A stretch of DNA of 64,000 nt. It comes from Rhina ancylostomus. Taxonomy: Eukaryota. The position numbers were made by a program, and so were the translations under genes. Positions 51,140 to 64,000 of this stretch are shown piece after piece (position 1 is the stretch's first letter; every line of letters starts with the position of its first letter). Location: positions 32,854,131 to 32,918,130 of the forward strand of contig JARFYF010000007.1 in NCBI GenBank assembly GCA_030265395.1, written 5' to 3'. The notes below the pieces were generated by a model that saw only the letters and a list, made by a program, of their open reading frames with translations, searched no databases and was not told the DNA's origin.

Positions 51140-51350
51140 AAAAAAGCAAAATCAAGAACTGCAAATGCTGTTCTGAAAAGGAAAACAGACATCCCACACA
51201 TTCTCTCCACCCCTACATCTTCTATGCAACTGGAAACATTTGATCTCTAACTTTTCTTAGTTTTGTTAAAAGATCATTGACCTGAAATATTAATCTTTTT
51301 TTCTCTCCACAGACGTTGTCTCATTTAATGGGTATTTTTCACATTTTTAA
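51140..51350. mobile_element. Penelope-terminus short element, inverted arms, old
   Basis: Minus-oriented aactgcaaatgctg...aaaacaga and plus-oriented gatcattgacctgaaatattaa...tctctccacagacg. Confidence 0.5.
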
Positions 51351-51569
51351 AATTTTTGTGTCAAGATAAATTAACTAATTTTCAAATTGCTGATCATTCT
51401 AATTGTGTTACTACCTTCCTACACTGCTCAATTCACTGCACTACTAATGATATACCTCTGATAATCGCATTAATCGGGATTCAATCCTATAATTCATATG
51501 TGTTACTCCATACTTACATAACTGGCATTATTGCAAGCCCTAACTGATAAACTGACAAAAATTCTACCA

Positions 51570-51800
51570 TTGAAAATCAAAAACTGCAGATGCTGGAAAT
51601 TTGAAATAAACACAGAAAATGCTGGGAAAAAGCAGGTGGTCCTGCAGCATCTGTGGAGAAAGGAATAAAGTTAACATTTCACGTCAATAATCTTTCATCA
51701 AAACTGGGTAAGAAAGAAAACAAGGATACTGCAAATTGCAGAGAAGGACGGGGTAGAGGGAACAAAAGGAACGTCTGTGATCGAGTGGAGACAAAAGTTT
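51570..51800 (-). mobile_element. Penelope-terminus short element
   Basis: aactgcagatgctggaaatttgaaataaacacagaaaatgctgg...gcagcatctgtggag. The reverse core reads agtt-ttgatga-aagattattgacgt-gaaat-gtt-aact. Confidence 0.7.
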
Positions 51801-52722
51801 TTTCCTCTTTCCATCAATTTAATCATGTCATTAGCAGCATACCACAGGGCATTCACTTCCATCTTTTTTTAGAGACATTTGCAGGCAACAGGATCAAAAT
51901 CTAGAAGAAGTCTGCTTGCATATTTTGGCTCCCATGGAGGAGACTGTATTGGACTATCACATGGAACTCTGAGCATGTCTTTGCATATGAGCCACCAAGT
52001 TTTGAATTTCTGCAGAAAAGGCAAGTCCTAAAATTGCTGACCTGTGTTTGCCTTGTCTATGCTCTAAAACAGGGAGAGCAGGAATTTGCTGTAATTCTCA
52101 GTCATTTTCACTGGCAAATCTGTCAGGTGAATCTTTATCAGGCTAATCTTAACACAGGCATAGACAATCCATTTGTTTGAATGAGAAGATTGGCTGCAAG
52201 GGAACATGATAAGTATTTGGTAATTTCTAGATATTTGAACTAATTAAGTTTAATTAAATTTTTAAGTAGTTAAAGGTGTTTATAAGTATCTTCAGTATTT
52301 TTGCTTTTTATTCAAGTTATAATTATTTCCTCATTGTCTCTAAATCAGGTGCATGCAGAAACATGCAATTTTTTTCTCAGACTTGTTAGCCACCTAAACC
52401 CAGAAACATGACCTTATTGGCAGTCAGCTGTTTTGTTGGATGGGGTTNNNNNNNNNNNNNNNNNNNNNNNNNNNNNNNNNNNNNNNNNNNNNNNNNNNNN
52501 NNNNNNNNNNNNNNNNNNNNNNNNNNNNNNNNNNNNNNNNNNNNNNNNNNNNNNNNNNNNNNNNNNNNNNNNNNNNNNNNNNNNNNNNNNNNNNNNNNNN
52601 NNNNNNNNNNNNNNNNNNNNNNNNNNNNNNNNNNNNNNNNNNNNNNNNNNNNNNNNNNNNNNNNNNNNNNNNNNNNNNNNNNNNNNNNNNNNNNNNNNNN
52701 NNNNNNNNNNNNNNNNNNNNNN

Positions 52723-54010
52723 TCAGCTAAGACCTGGATCTGCTTAAATTTTCCTACCACCACAACAGGTCAACAGCAGATGCAATTTCTCTGGCTCTTC
52801 ACTCTGCTCTGGATTATCTGGACAACAGGATGCTGTTCATTGACTACAGCCCGGTGTTCAACACCTTCATCCCATCCAAACTCATAAAGCTTCAAGACCT
52901 GGGACTCTGTACCTCCCTCTGCAACTGGATACTCGACTTCCTCATCGGCAGACTTTAATCAGTGGGGACTGGTAACGACATTTCCTCCTCGCTGACCATC
53001 AACACAGGTGCACTTCAAGGCTGCGTGCTTAACCCCCTGCTCTTCTCTCTGTACACATATAACTGTGTTTAAACACAGCTTCAATGCCATATACAAATGC
53101 CCCAATGACATCACTGTTATTGGATGAATCACAGGTGGCGATGAGTCAGCTTATCGAAGCGAGATAGGATACCTGGTTGAGTGGTGCGGCAACAACAGCC
53201 TCTCGCTCATCATCAGTAAAACCAAAAAGCTGATTGTTGACTGCAGGAAAGAGAAGGAACAAGCACCAGTCTACATTTGGGGGATCACGGTGGAGAGAGT
53301 CAGCAGCTTTAAATTCCTGGGCGTTAACATGTTGGATGACCTGTCCTGGGCCCAGCACATAGATGCAATCACAAGGAAGGTGTGCCAGTGTCTTTACTTT
53401 CTTAGGAGGTTAAGGAAGTTCGGCCTGTCACCGAACACTCTAACAAACTTCTACAGATGTACTGTTGAAAGTATCCTGACTGATTGCATCATGGCCTGGT
53501 ACAGCAATTTGAATGTGCAGGTAGGTAAGAAGCTGTAGAGAGTAGTGGACTCTGCCCAATACATCACGGGCACATCCCTCCCCACCAGGAGACACTGCCT
53601 CAGGAAGGCAACATCCATTACCAAAGGTCCCCACCATCTGGGCCGTGCTATCTTCTTGCAACTACCATTGGGCAGGAGGTACAGAAGCCTGACGTCCCAC
53701 ACCACTGGGTTCAAGACAGCTACTTTCCTTCAACCATTTGGTTCTTGAACCAACCAGCACTGCATTAATCATTACAGTTTAGCAACACTATAGCTACTTT
53801 GATCACTTTGCACTAAAATGGACTTTTTTTATGTTCTAATTGTGTACTTGTAGTTGTGTTCTTTCTTGTAAAAATTGTGTTTAGTTTATATTTTCCTTGT
53901 GAATGCCGCTTATATGATGCTATATGCCAGTGTTGCTGTTGCAAGTAAGTTTTCATTGCACTTGTGCAAACATATACTCATGCATATGACAATAAACATA
54001 TGACTTTGAC
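52723..54010 (+). mobile_element. Rex1/Babar LINE (RT to 3' UTR), same subfamily as 17120-18790
   Basis: [24 protein letters not shown] and ERVSSFKFLGVN..DDLSWAQHIDAITRKVCQCLYFLRRLRKFGLSPNTLTNFYRCTVESILT. The UTR ends gacaataaac. Confidence 0.92.
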
Positions 54011-54759
54011 ATTTGCAGTCTATTATTGTCCAGTAGAAACAGTCTTGGGTGTGTCTCTGTCTGCCAACCTTGCTATCACTATCTATTACATCAATTACAC
54101 CAATACCACTGTACTTATCAATGGAAAGATCTATAACTTCAGTGAATAGAAATGAGAAGCAGAAATGTTTCAGAAAATATCAATTGTTTTCCAGCTGGAA
54201 CCTTCAAATAGCACATAACATAAGTCTGTGGTTTACAGTCTTTGAGGCACATGGGAGGTGATTAGCTGAGCCTGCAGATTGTCTTAGATGAGAAGGCAAA
54301 CAATATTCATGGTCTTACCCAGGTAGCTGAATCTAGAGGGGCATCCACAGCTCAGCCATTAGCTGTTACTGGCTGTAGGTCTCTTGAATGCCTTCACTGT
54401 GATGTGCCTTTTAATGGTCTCAACACTCCTGCTTTCAGCTGGAAACTTTCTCAGTATTACTTTGTGTGTTTCACTAATGTGAGAATACTTCAAAATTGCT
54501 CCTTTAGGTATTAAATTAATTTAAACTTGTTTTCTGATTTAACTCTGCAACAATGGAATGCTCCACAAAAGATCCCTAACAAGATCATCAGTAGAAATTG
54601 TAGGTTTTGTTGCTTTACGCTAACATTTTCTGATCATTTTTAGAGCCCAGCATTGCATTCTTCAAAGATAAAACATCCTTTGATGCATTCTCCTGAAATT
54701 ACAGCTCTTTTTCTTCATGTCTATTTAAAGATTTAAGAATATTGCATCAATAGCAACAT

Positions 54760-54870
54760 AGTACAGGTGCTAGAAATCTGAAATAGAAACAGAATACTGA
54801 AAATATTCAGTGTCTGCTGGAAGATGAACAGAGTTAATGTTAAAAGCCAATGACCTTTCATCAAAGGACA
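54760..54870 (-). mobile_element. Penelope-terminus short element (old)
   Basis: caggtgctagaaatctgaaatagaaacagaa...cagagttaatg...tgacctttcatca. Confidence 0.55.
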
Positions 54871-56394
54871 TAGGATCTTCATGCAATGAGATGGGTTATT
54901 GCTTTTAACTTGCAGAAAAAAAACCTGTTAATTTTTGTTCTTGTTCTCACTTGTGAGCTGTGATGATTTACAGTTTTGACAAAGCAAAACTACATTATCA
55001 CACTGCAGCTGCAAAATCTTTCTCTAATTAATTCTTCTACACAATCATCTAGTTTTAGTCCCCTGAATTATGCAATTAATTTAGTTCAAAGCCACACATA
55101 TATAAGTCTTACAGAATTTTTTTAAGCTCGGTTATTAACATTTTCTTTCGTTTGTTCCTTGACCAAAGGGTACACTGGCAAAACTGCATTTTGTGGCCAT
55201 CCCTGTGAGATTTTCTCAGAATGGGTACCAATTGTGACCTTTATCAGTTATATTCACATCTCAAGGACAAATCTGTAAAAAAAAATTTTGTAACAATAAA
55301 CTTTCATTACCCTACAATTAATTTCAGTAACATTTTCATTTAGAAGGTATGACAACAATAGGAGAGAACAGACAGTTAAGACTAATGGTGTGAGAAAATT
55401 AACAGAGTCTAGTATTAGAAAAATCCTTTTAAGCTCATTGTGAAGCACAGGGACCAGGTACAATGTGTTTTGTGCATATTGAACTCAATAGGCTGAACCA
55501 GCCAGACTTGACATCACGGCTCTCATTATGTATGCACAGTAAGGTCTCAGCCACGAGTGGATCTGCCCGTGGGAGCTCACTGTCAGCAGGAATTGGAAAG
55601 TAGCATATTGCTAAAGCTCTTAAGACCTCAGCTGTAATAGAGCTGCAACAAATCAAAACACAGGTCAAAAGTCACTCAGCCCACTCAGTTCATGTTAAGG
55701 TTTACCGTTCACGTGATTAAATAGTATGAAACATATGTACCCTGCCACACATATTCCAATATCCCTTCTACCCTGCTCTCTTCATCAATTCACTCCTTCC
55801 TTGAATGTTGACATGGGTCTGGTTAGTACCAGCCAAGGTTTCAGGTGGGAAACTGTCCCAGGACTTGATTTGTTGCCTTCTGTGATTTTCACATTTAAAT
55901 TCTATCATCTATCTGGTAGAAAGTCAGCAGGAAGTGTGAAAACCATACAGCAGGTAAGGTCATTGGTGTGTTCATTTCTGAGGACTCTCATGGGAGAAGC
56001 TCACTTTCAGTTTTTTCTCAATCTGTTTCTTTTTGTATTTGTCCTAAGGATGTTTGGCAGAGCTGCTGAAGCTAATATTGTGTCCAAGTAGCTATCCTTC
56101 AATTATACTTTTTGTTCACTCAGTTGGGAACAGAATAAAAGGATGTGGACAACAGTGGAAAAGCAGAGATAAATGTGCATGACCCTTCATGGATTTTGGG
56201 GAATTAATCTGTATAAAATAAATTTCCATTCTTTTTAGTTTTGTTACAGTCTCTGTGATGGAAATTGCACCAGATGGCACAATTAGATTACTGTCCCCCA
56301 TTTGAAACTCAGCCCATGGAGATATCTGAAATTAGTCCCTATTAGTTTGTACACCAGATTGTGCGGGTACTTAGTAGTGAGTGTATTGTCTAAA

Positions 56395-56915
56395 CAAGAA
56401 CATAAGATCAAAAGGAATGGAAACAGGAAAAAACCATTCAGTCCCTTGCACTTGATTCTATTTCATGGCTGAACTCCCTCACTGTCGCTTTCTGGAGCTA
56501 ATCCTATTTCCCTTGATCCCCTTCACATTCAACACTCAATGACTGAGCCTCCACAGCCCAATGAATAGAGATTCCAAAGGTTCACCACCCTCCAGGTGAA
56601 GAAATTTCTTCATCTCCTAGTCCTGAATGACTGACAACTTACTTTGAGTACTGAACACTGGGGGAACATCAACCCTGTATCCAGCCTGTAAGCCTCTCAG
56701 GAATTTTGTATGTTTAGTGAAATTGCCTCTCATTCTACTAAATTCAAGAGAATATTGGTGCTGTTGGTTAATCTCGCCTCTTTGGAAAAATGCCCCATCC
56801 CAGGAATCAATTTGATGAATATTTGCTCTACTCCCTCTATTGTTCTATTGAAAGTAAATCCTTCCTTAGATACAGAGTCCAGACACATACAAACTGTTCC
56901 ATGTGCAGGCTTACC
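56395..56915 (-). mobile_element. Old CR1 3' region
   Basis: Tail aagaacataaga and ggtgaagaaatttcttcatctc. Minus ORF IEGVEQIFIKLIPGM (~IEGVQRRFTRLIPGM). Confidence 0.72.
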
Positions 56916-56949
56916 AGAGTCTCTGCACCCAACCAATGCTGGGACTGAG

Positions 56950-57100
56950 TCATCAGGGCCCAGCTAGTGTCAAGCCTGTGCCCTCAGGACCCAGCTAGTG
57001 TCACAGGCCCAGCCAGTGTTAGGCCCCTCAGGACCCTGCTGGTATCCAGTCTGCGTCCTTGGGGCTCAGCAGGTGTTAGGCCTGAGTCCTTGTGGCTCAG
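56950..57100. repeat. Short degenerate GC-rich tandem repeat
   Basis: Recurring cccagc(t/c)agtgt, ctcaggaccc and gtgttaggcc words. Confidence 0.55.
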
Positions 57101-57544
57101 GCAGCATTGGACCTGAGTTTTCTCATGCTGAAGGTACCTACCAATATACTTGTCATTTGTGCTGCATCACTAGTTCTCTTTCAGCGGTCAATGAAGAGAG
57201 TGAGAAAAACTATAAGTATTTCTTATAATTATGAATCTCTGGAAAATAAATCCTTAAGATTTTCTCATATTCTAATCTTAACTTGCTCTGTTTAGTTAAA
57301 GATGCTGTTTTGAAGTTCTCCTATCAAAGTGCAGCTATTAATGATTTACTGCTTATAGGTTCTGCTGCCTGTTATTAAAGGAAGTTCCTAACCTAAGTTT
57401 TGGTCATCTAAGAAACCACTGGCGAGGCAGCACATCTCTGTCAAAAAAAACCTGATTAGGCCTGTCCCTAAGGACTGAAGGATCAAGTTGGGCCAAGTCT
57501 GAGCTTCTGGCCCTGTGTCCCAATCCAGAACCACCTCCAGCTCT

Positions 57545-58070
57545 GGTACAATAGAGGTGACAAATGGATGGACAAGGTGCTGTACTGGTGGGTACAGGTC
57601 TGTTACTATAAACATTAGTATACAGTAATGTTGGTTAGAGATCTGTTGCTATGTCACACTAGAGTGCAATGCTGGTGGGCACAGGACTCTTGTTGTATCA
57701 TACTATCATCAAGGTAGAGTGTTGGTAATTACAGGTATATCACTATGTAACATCATGGTCCAGTGCCGATAGGTACAGGTCTGTCACCATTTCACAACTG
57801 GGTGCAGTACTGCTGGGTGCAGAAATGCCACTGTATTTTAGAGTACATTAGAGTACAGTACTAGTGCATAGTCTTTGTCACCATATAACACCAGATTAAA
57901 GTATTGATGGGTAGACTCTGTCACTGGTTAACATTAGAATACAGAATCAGTGGTTGAATGTGTTTCACTGTATAATACTGGGGTACAGTAAAGGCAAATG
58001 TACAACTTTCCCTGCAGAACATTAGTGTTAAGTACTAGCGAATCTGGGTCTGTTGCTGTGATAAAGTGTG
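57545..58070. repeat. Degenerate ~41-42 bp minisatellite (~12 units)
   Basis: Units resemble gggtacagtactggtgggtacaggtctgtcactgtataacact. Confidence 0.75.
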
Positions 58071-59377
58071 GTGGAGGCACAAATGCTGCTAGTAGTAATT
58101 ACTCTTAAAAATTTATTACAGGCAAATGGCTGTAACATTCACCGACTTATGATGTAAAATTTTACTTTTGTTAGAGTCATACATGCACGTATGTGAACCT
58201 GAGGGATTCACAAAATAAATCTGGAACTACAATGGTTATTGGGAGTAAAGAGGAATGAAATGTGCTCAGCTCCTAACCTTAGAAATGTTTGCTCCCTGAT
58301 GGGAAGGTGTGAAGATTCAGATTTTGAAAAAAAAACTCTCAGCTCTCATTTCATTAAATGTTCAAAGTTCAGGTGAGCACCTTCCCACCTGAGTCAGATC
58401 CCCAGCAAATCTGGATATGTTACATTTTGTATTTTTATCTGATATGTATTTAAAATATTAGTGAAGAATGTATGCTTTAAGTTGCTCAGTGTGAAAGCAC
58501 ACTGTTTGGGGTACCTGTTGTTTTCTTTGGCCTTTGTCATGTACAGAAGTGTTGAATTCATGTCAGTATCTCAGGAATGGTATTAAAACTTCCACCAGTA
58601 CTCTGTCAGCATATGTCTAATTTTTCACTGTATTGCAGCGGTTTAAAATGATTAATGTGGATGTGTCCCAGTTTGATTTCTAAAAGTGACTGATTACTTT
58701 AGCAAGAGACTGCTTAGCCAATAGCATTGTCATTAGCTGATATAAAGTCCAAGCCTTTCTCAAGTACCCATCACAGAAGAGAGATAGTCATTTACAAAGA
58801 CTTGTTTCAATTAGATTACTGTGGGTTCCCTACAAAGCTGCCAACTGTTTAACCAGACATGAGTGTACATTGTCAAACATTTGCAGCTGGCAGCCTATGG
58901 AAATCTGAGGCAGGACTCACCAGGGTGGAAGTTACATAGCTTCCCCCGATTGCTATCATGACATTGACAGGGGATTGATGGAACGTACAGGGAAATGGCA
59001 GAAGCAAACACTTCTGGTTGTTTAAACAATTTGCCCAAAGTTTCCTCGTATGTTCCTTGGTGAGATACAGGAGAATTCCTGTGGTAGTCCAGGCAGTAGG
59101 TTCTTAGAATCATCTGTCTTGGAGCTGTGATGGGTTGGGTGGAGGTGCACTAATAATCTCTGGAATAGCACATTAATAGTTTGGAAAAGATGTGCTACAA
59201 TTAGGAATTGTCAGAGGACAAGGGCCGAATTGAAATTTGTAATCACACAAAATTAATTAAAACTTTCAAAAGATGGTGTTAAGTAAAAATAGAATGCAAG
59301 ATGTTGAACTTCTATTGAAAGCTCTTCAACTTGAAAAATTAACCCTTTTGTTCCCGTCATCTAATCAAATATGCTTT

Positions 59378-59445
59378 TAGATTTTTAGATATTCATGGAA
59401 TAAAGGGATATGAAGTCAATGCAGACAATTGGCACTGAGGACTAG
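59378..59445 (+). mobile_element. CR1 3' fragment
   Basis: tagatttttagatattcatggaataaagggatatg. Confidence 0.5.
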
Positions 59446-61284
59446 ACTAGTGGGGTCAGGGTAACACAGGGTATCTTTTGGGGTTGCAGTGGGCTAGACT
59501 AGTGGGATTTGGAGTCAGGACAGCACAGGATGTCTAATGGGGGGCCAGAGCAGTTGGGTCAGGGCAGCGCAGAGTATCTCCTTGTGTTAAGTGGCCAGCT
59601 GCAGTGAAATGAGCAGCGTTGACAGTGGAAAGGTCCAACACTACCACCACCCCACCCTTCTCTCCCTTACTGCCCTCACACTGGCTACCAAAACCTACTG
59701 CTTAAATCGAGCAATTGATATTAACATTCACAATCACTCTGGCAAAAATTTAAAAAATAAAATAATTTAAATAATTTTAAAGTTAAAAGAATAAACTAAC
59801 AATTAAAAATGAATTGACTGGGTCACCTGTTGTTTTCTGGAGCCCTACTTATGCACTGAAGTGTGGAATCCATGTCCAGGGAATGATATTAAACTAATTA
59901 AATCAAAAAGCTCGACTTACCTTTCTCTCAGCAGCCTATTTCTCCCATTCGTTTGTATGGGCCAGTTGCACTCATGCCAGATTAACCTGGCGTAGGTTCA
60001 GCAGGTGGATTTCTCTGTGAAAATCAGTTGGATTACACTCCCCTATTGGACACAATGAGGCAGCTATCCTGGCGGTGCACTTGTCCATGCCTGGCTCTCC
60101 ACTGAGAGGAAGGCTGTGCTCCAACCTCTGCTGGGAATTGCCCAGGAATGGACATGTCCACTGGCAAATCCAATGTGGATCTCAGTGCAAATTTTTCCTC
60201 AATGTTTATGAACAAATAAATAATTTGAAAGAACTAACATGATTAAATACAAAATTTTAAATCAAGAATTATATGATTAACTTTTTTCAAAAACAATTAA
60301 GAATATTGAACAATTTTTGAAAAATGCAACATAGTGTCTCTTCTCCACTGTTTCAAATAAACAGATCTAACCTTACGCAGGACCTGAGGGCAGATTCCCC
60401 ATTGGTGTCCAGCAGCAGAGTAGAGCTGGAAAATGACAGTAACTTAAAGCCTCTTTGTGTAAAACATTAACATGGTGCATAGAACTGAGGACAAAATCCA
60501 CCAAAGTCCAATTTGTATATCCATACAATCATTAACTGAGTAGTAAAATTAGGAAACATAAGAATTTAGCTGCTAAGGGTTGTTCACTATTACTTATATT
60601 AAGCATCACAGATAAAATATTTGGAGGTAAAACTTAAGGGTCATCATCACCATTTCAGAAGAGGACTAGCAGAGGATCATGAGAAAGAGAGTTATTGCTT
60701 GCATCTTAACCACTTCTCTGGCCATGGAACACCTGCAGAGGTTACAAATTTATGAAGCAGAGTAAATACTATATGTGATTGGGAAATAATAAACAATCAT
60801 AGTCCCAGCACAGAACCTAACATTCAGTAGTAATTCCAAAAACTTGAATGAGCCCTTCCCCAGTCAGTGTTCCTGTCTGTTCAACAAATAAAGAGAAAAG
60901 TCATTGTGATTGATGCCAGAATCCAGGATTTGTGCTCACAGCAAATGAGACCTTGCACCAGGATAGTGCTCTGTAAAATTACCCCTAGCATGTATATTTT
61001 GTGATAACCATTGAATCATTTTAATAAACTAAGAAATTGGAATATCAATGTATCATTGCCTGTAGTGGTAAAAAGCTGACAAATCACTGAGAAGGTTTAT
61101 ACCATCACTGACATAGAAAGCTTGCCTGCATATTAACTGTGATTAGAAATGTTAAAAAAGTGGAATATTTAGAACTATATCCTTGATAGTTGAGGAAATA
61201 GAAGCTGCTGTTGCTGTCTTCACCACAGTTGTGGAATGTGAACTTGCCAATGAAACAGTCACAAAACATGAAAGGTGAGACAAA

Positions 61285-61560
61285 ATGCAAGATATCAACA
61301 TCAAACAAATTTTTATCTCCCTTCCCCCTTCAGCATTCCACAGGAACCTTCTCTGCAACACCCTGGTCTACTCTTCAATCACCTTTAAACTATCTTCCCT
61401 CCCCAGAACATGTTCCCTTGCAAGTGCAGGAGATGCAATACCTCTCATTTGCCTGCCACCCTTCCCACCATCCAAGGCCACAAAACACTGATGAAGCAAT
61501 GTACTTGTACCTCTTTTAATTTAATACACTGAATCCACTGCTAACGATGTAGTTGCCTAT
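61285..61560 (+). mobile_element. Penelope-like element ORF relic (Cys-rich linker / start of GIY-YIG endonuclease)
   Basis: QDINIKQIFISLPPSAFHRN.L.NTLVYSS (~QxDPTTKHIFPSPPLSAFRRD.SL.D.LV.S), FPCKCRRCNT and TCTSFNLIH*IHC*RC (~TCTSxNLIYCIRCSRC). Confidence 0.7.
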
Positions 61561-61699
61561 AGCCTTCTGCTGTGCACTGGCACATTTAGTCTTATGTGAT
61601 ACTGAATTTTCAGGTGGCGGTCTGACAACCCAAACATTAGCAGTTGGAGCTGTGACGAAATAAAGCACCAGTACAGGTGCTGATGGATTTGTTCGCTGG

Positions 61700-61850
61700 T
61701 ATATCTCTAACTTTTTCCAGTTTTCTTAATAGGGCATTTGCCTAAAATGTTAACTCTGGTTCTCTTGGCAGAGATGCTGCTGACCTGCTGAAAATTTTCA
61801 GGGCTTCCTGGTTCCATTTCAGAACTCCAGAAGTGTTTTTCTTTTCTATG
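61700..61850 (+). mobile_element. Penelope-terminus short element (old)
   Basis: aaatgttaactctggttctc...agatgctgctgacctgctga. Confidence 0.55.
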
Positions 61851-63199
61851 GAAATGATGTGTGTCTTAGAAAATAGGCCAGCATTTCAATCATCCAACAA
61901 CTTATGAATCTGGTAAAGCAGTTTATGTTTTGGAATGATATGCTGCACTATGTTAATTAAAATGTACATTGTTATTTGATGTATTGTGCATCTCATATTG
62001 CCTATGGTGGTGTGTTTAGTGAATTGATGAATCTCTAGTGCATCTGTTCTTTGTGGGACCTCATTATTTCATTACGTTTGATTTGAAGAAAGTTACAATA
62101 CTGGAATGGTCGATAAATAGTTGTAAACACAACTGTGTGTATCAAATTAAATTAGATATTCATTACTTACAAAAAATTCTGATTTCCTGCCTGTAATTGA
62201 ATAAAAGAGTAAAATATGTGCCAATGTTGGAATTATCTATAGCTGCTGCAGGGGGTTCAGATTTACTCTGGATCAATAAAGCTACTTCTCAGTTACAAGT
62301 CCATTGTTCAACACTGCTGCAACTAAGGGACTTTTACTAGTGTGCAACTCATTGCTTGGAATATCCACTCTCAAGTAACAGCTTTTCCTCAGCATCACCA
62401 AATCCACCTCAGCTCTAACCAAGTGGAAGTTGAAGACTACTTTTAATTTTTATTGCCATTACTTTTTATATGAAGGAAGAGTTAGCTCCCTCATTAGCTT
62501 TGCTGCAAACAGACTTTTATTGTGGTATTGAGCCATGCAGGATTCCTGCTGGGTTCCAGGTTGGACTGCTAATCAGCACTGAAGTTAATTGTAACGAGAA
62601 TCACAGCAAGACTGATAAGGTGGGCCAGTCCCTGGGCTGGGACCTTGGAAGATGGACAATCCTTCAATACAGTTCTTTGGGGAGGGTAGAACTTCATGCT
62701 GAAGTCCTAGAGGCAGCTGGGACTAGGGAGAGACACATTGCAGAAGGTCAGTCATTAACCCAGGATTATAAATTCAAATGAAAGATCTGTTGAGGAGCAG
62801 CAATATACCACAATGCAACTTCCTTCCACCCTGGCTAGGAAGCAGACCACTAACTCCCTGCATTATCACCAAGGTAAGCACTGGGGAAACAAATACTGTT
62901 GAGAACAAAGTACACATGAGCAAAGGAATAAATCGACTGCACTTAAACTGAAGTGTTTTAGATCAGCCATATTAATATTGACCTACTGAGATTGTAATGA
63001 GGGCAGAGAGAATCCTATCAGATCCTGTTAAAATCTGGCCACTGTTACAAGGCCATAATGACTAGTTGTGCTGGGATTTATGCCTTAAATGAAGTTCTGT
63101 CAATCACATATTGCTGCAACTTTCTGCCTGGTCATGCATCATCCTCAGCAATTCTTCCCTTTTCCACTGAGGCAGATTCACCTTCCATTGATCTGTCTG

Positions 63200-63940
63200 C
63201 ATGGTTCCCCTCTGGCAGTGTTATGTAGATGCATATCTTCTGTCAAAATACCACTTAAGGCATGAGCCTCAAATATCATCACTCTGCTTCTATTTCAATG
63301 AGACTGTTGCTCACAGTGACAACAAAGGGCTGTCCCGGTCACTGAGGGGCCATGCATCGATTCTGTGTCTGTGCCTTCAAGTGGTTGTAGCAGTGCGGAT
63401 GATTGGAAGGTGGAAGCAGTAACTGCTGTGTGGGAGGGGGCAGGGGATTTGTTGCCTATTAACCATTCAATAGTTTAGTTTAAAATCCATACGTCTGTAG
63501 GCAAGCTAAAACTCAGACTGACGTCACTGCCTGCAAGCACACAATAGCTGCTGTCTCAGGATGCTTGATTTATGTAGAACTACGCACACACAGTAACCAG
63601 AATATAAAAGGAATTGAAAAAAAAAGTCTTTTCTGCCTTGTATGAGTTGATCCCAATTGACACAATGAAGTGTTTTCGGAAAAACAGCTTGATGATGTAC
63701 ACACTGATCCTTAACCTCAGATCGTTCCAGCTCAAGGTGACCTTTTTTTTGGGCTTTATCTGGCTGTGTTGATTGCTTGGTTAGAACAGCCGACATCTCC
63801 ACAAGGCTCCAGTCTCATGTGAGCACGGTATCCTGGCAAGTGAATGCAAGCAGGTGTCTCACATCGGGGTATGGGCATCAGAGTTGGTGCCCAATGCCCT
63901 GGAAGTGGGGTAAGGCAACAGATGTCTCAAACATTGGGGG
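63200..63940 (+). mobile_element. Possible second decayed PIF/Harbinger transposase relic
   Basis: F.ETV...LQVVVAV (~F.KETV..LKVTAAL) and HVS-RYPG at ~63816-63840 (~HVCARYPGS). Very degenerate. Confidence 0.3.
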
Positions 63941-64000
63941 GGGGCAAGAGGAGGGCAAAATGAAACAGAGTGTTTCTTCCTCTGAATGGTAAATAATTTG

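Noticed and set aside
3399-52887. Long ORFs in the track containing runs of X
   Set aside because: They are artefacts of reading through N-gaps.
57545-58070. CRISPR-like array
   Set aside because: These are degenerate tandem units with no unique spacers and no cas genes, in a vertebrate context.

Overview
Eukaryotic, repeat-dense, non-coding DNA, probably intergenic or a large intron, from a gapped draft assembly with 14 N-gaps. The repeat set strongly suggests a cartilaginous fish, possibly a ray (inference from repeat families only). It includes CR1 LINEs of several ages, Rex1/Babar LINEs, a Tx1-clade LINE, an RTE LINE, tRNA-derived V-SINEs (HE1-like), a DeuSINE, Penelope-like remnants, a decayed Gypsy LTR element, PIF/Harbinger relics and a ~42-bp minisatellite. 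I recognise no intact host gene, rRNA, tRNA or CRISPR array. The ORFs in the track are decayed transposon fragments, N-gap artefacts or chance ORFs. The most notable signals are: (i) a dispersed family of short Penelope-terminus elements carrying degenerate minimal type I hammerhead ribozyme motifs, often as head-to-head palindromes; (ii) a ~170-bp inverted duplication 2.1 kb apart; (iii) a V-SINE with a Rex1-like tail; (iv) nested retro-insertions; (v) a palindromic double-GATA motif in unique DNA. All family calls come from recognising motifs by eye, not from database searches, and boundaries are approximate.
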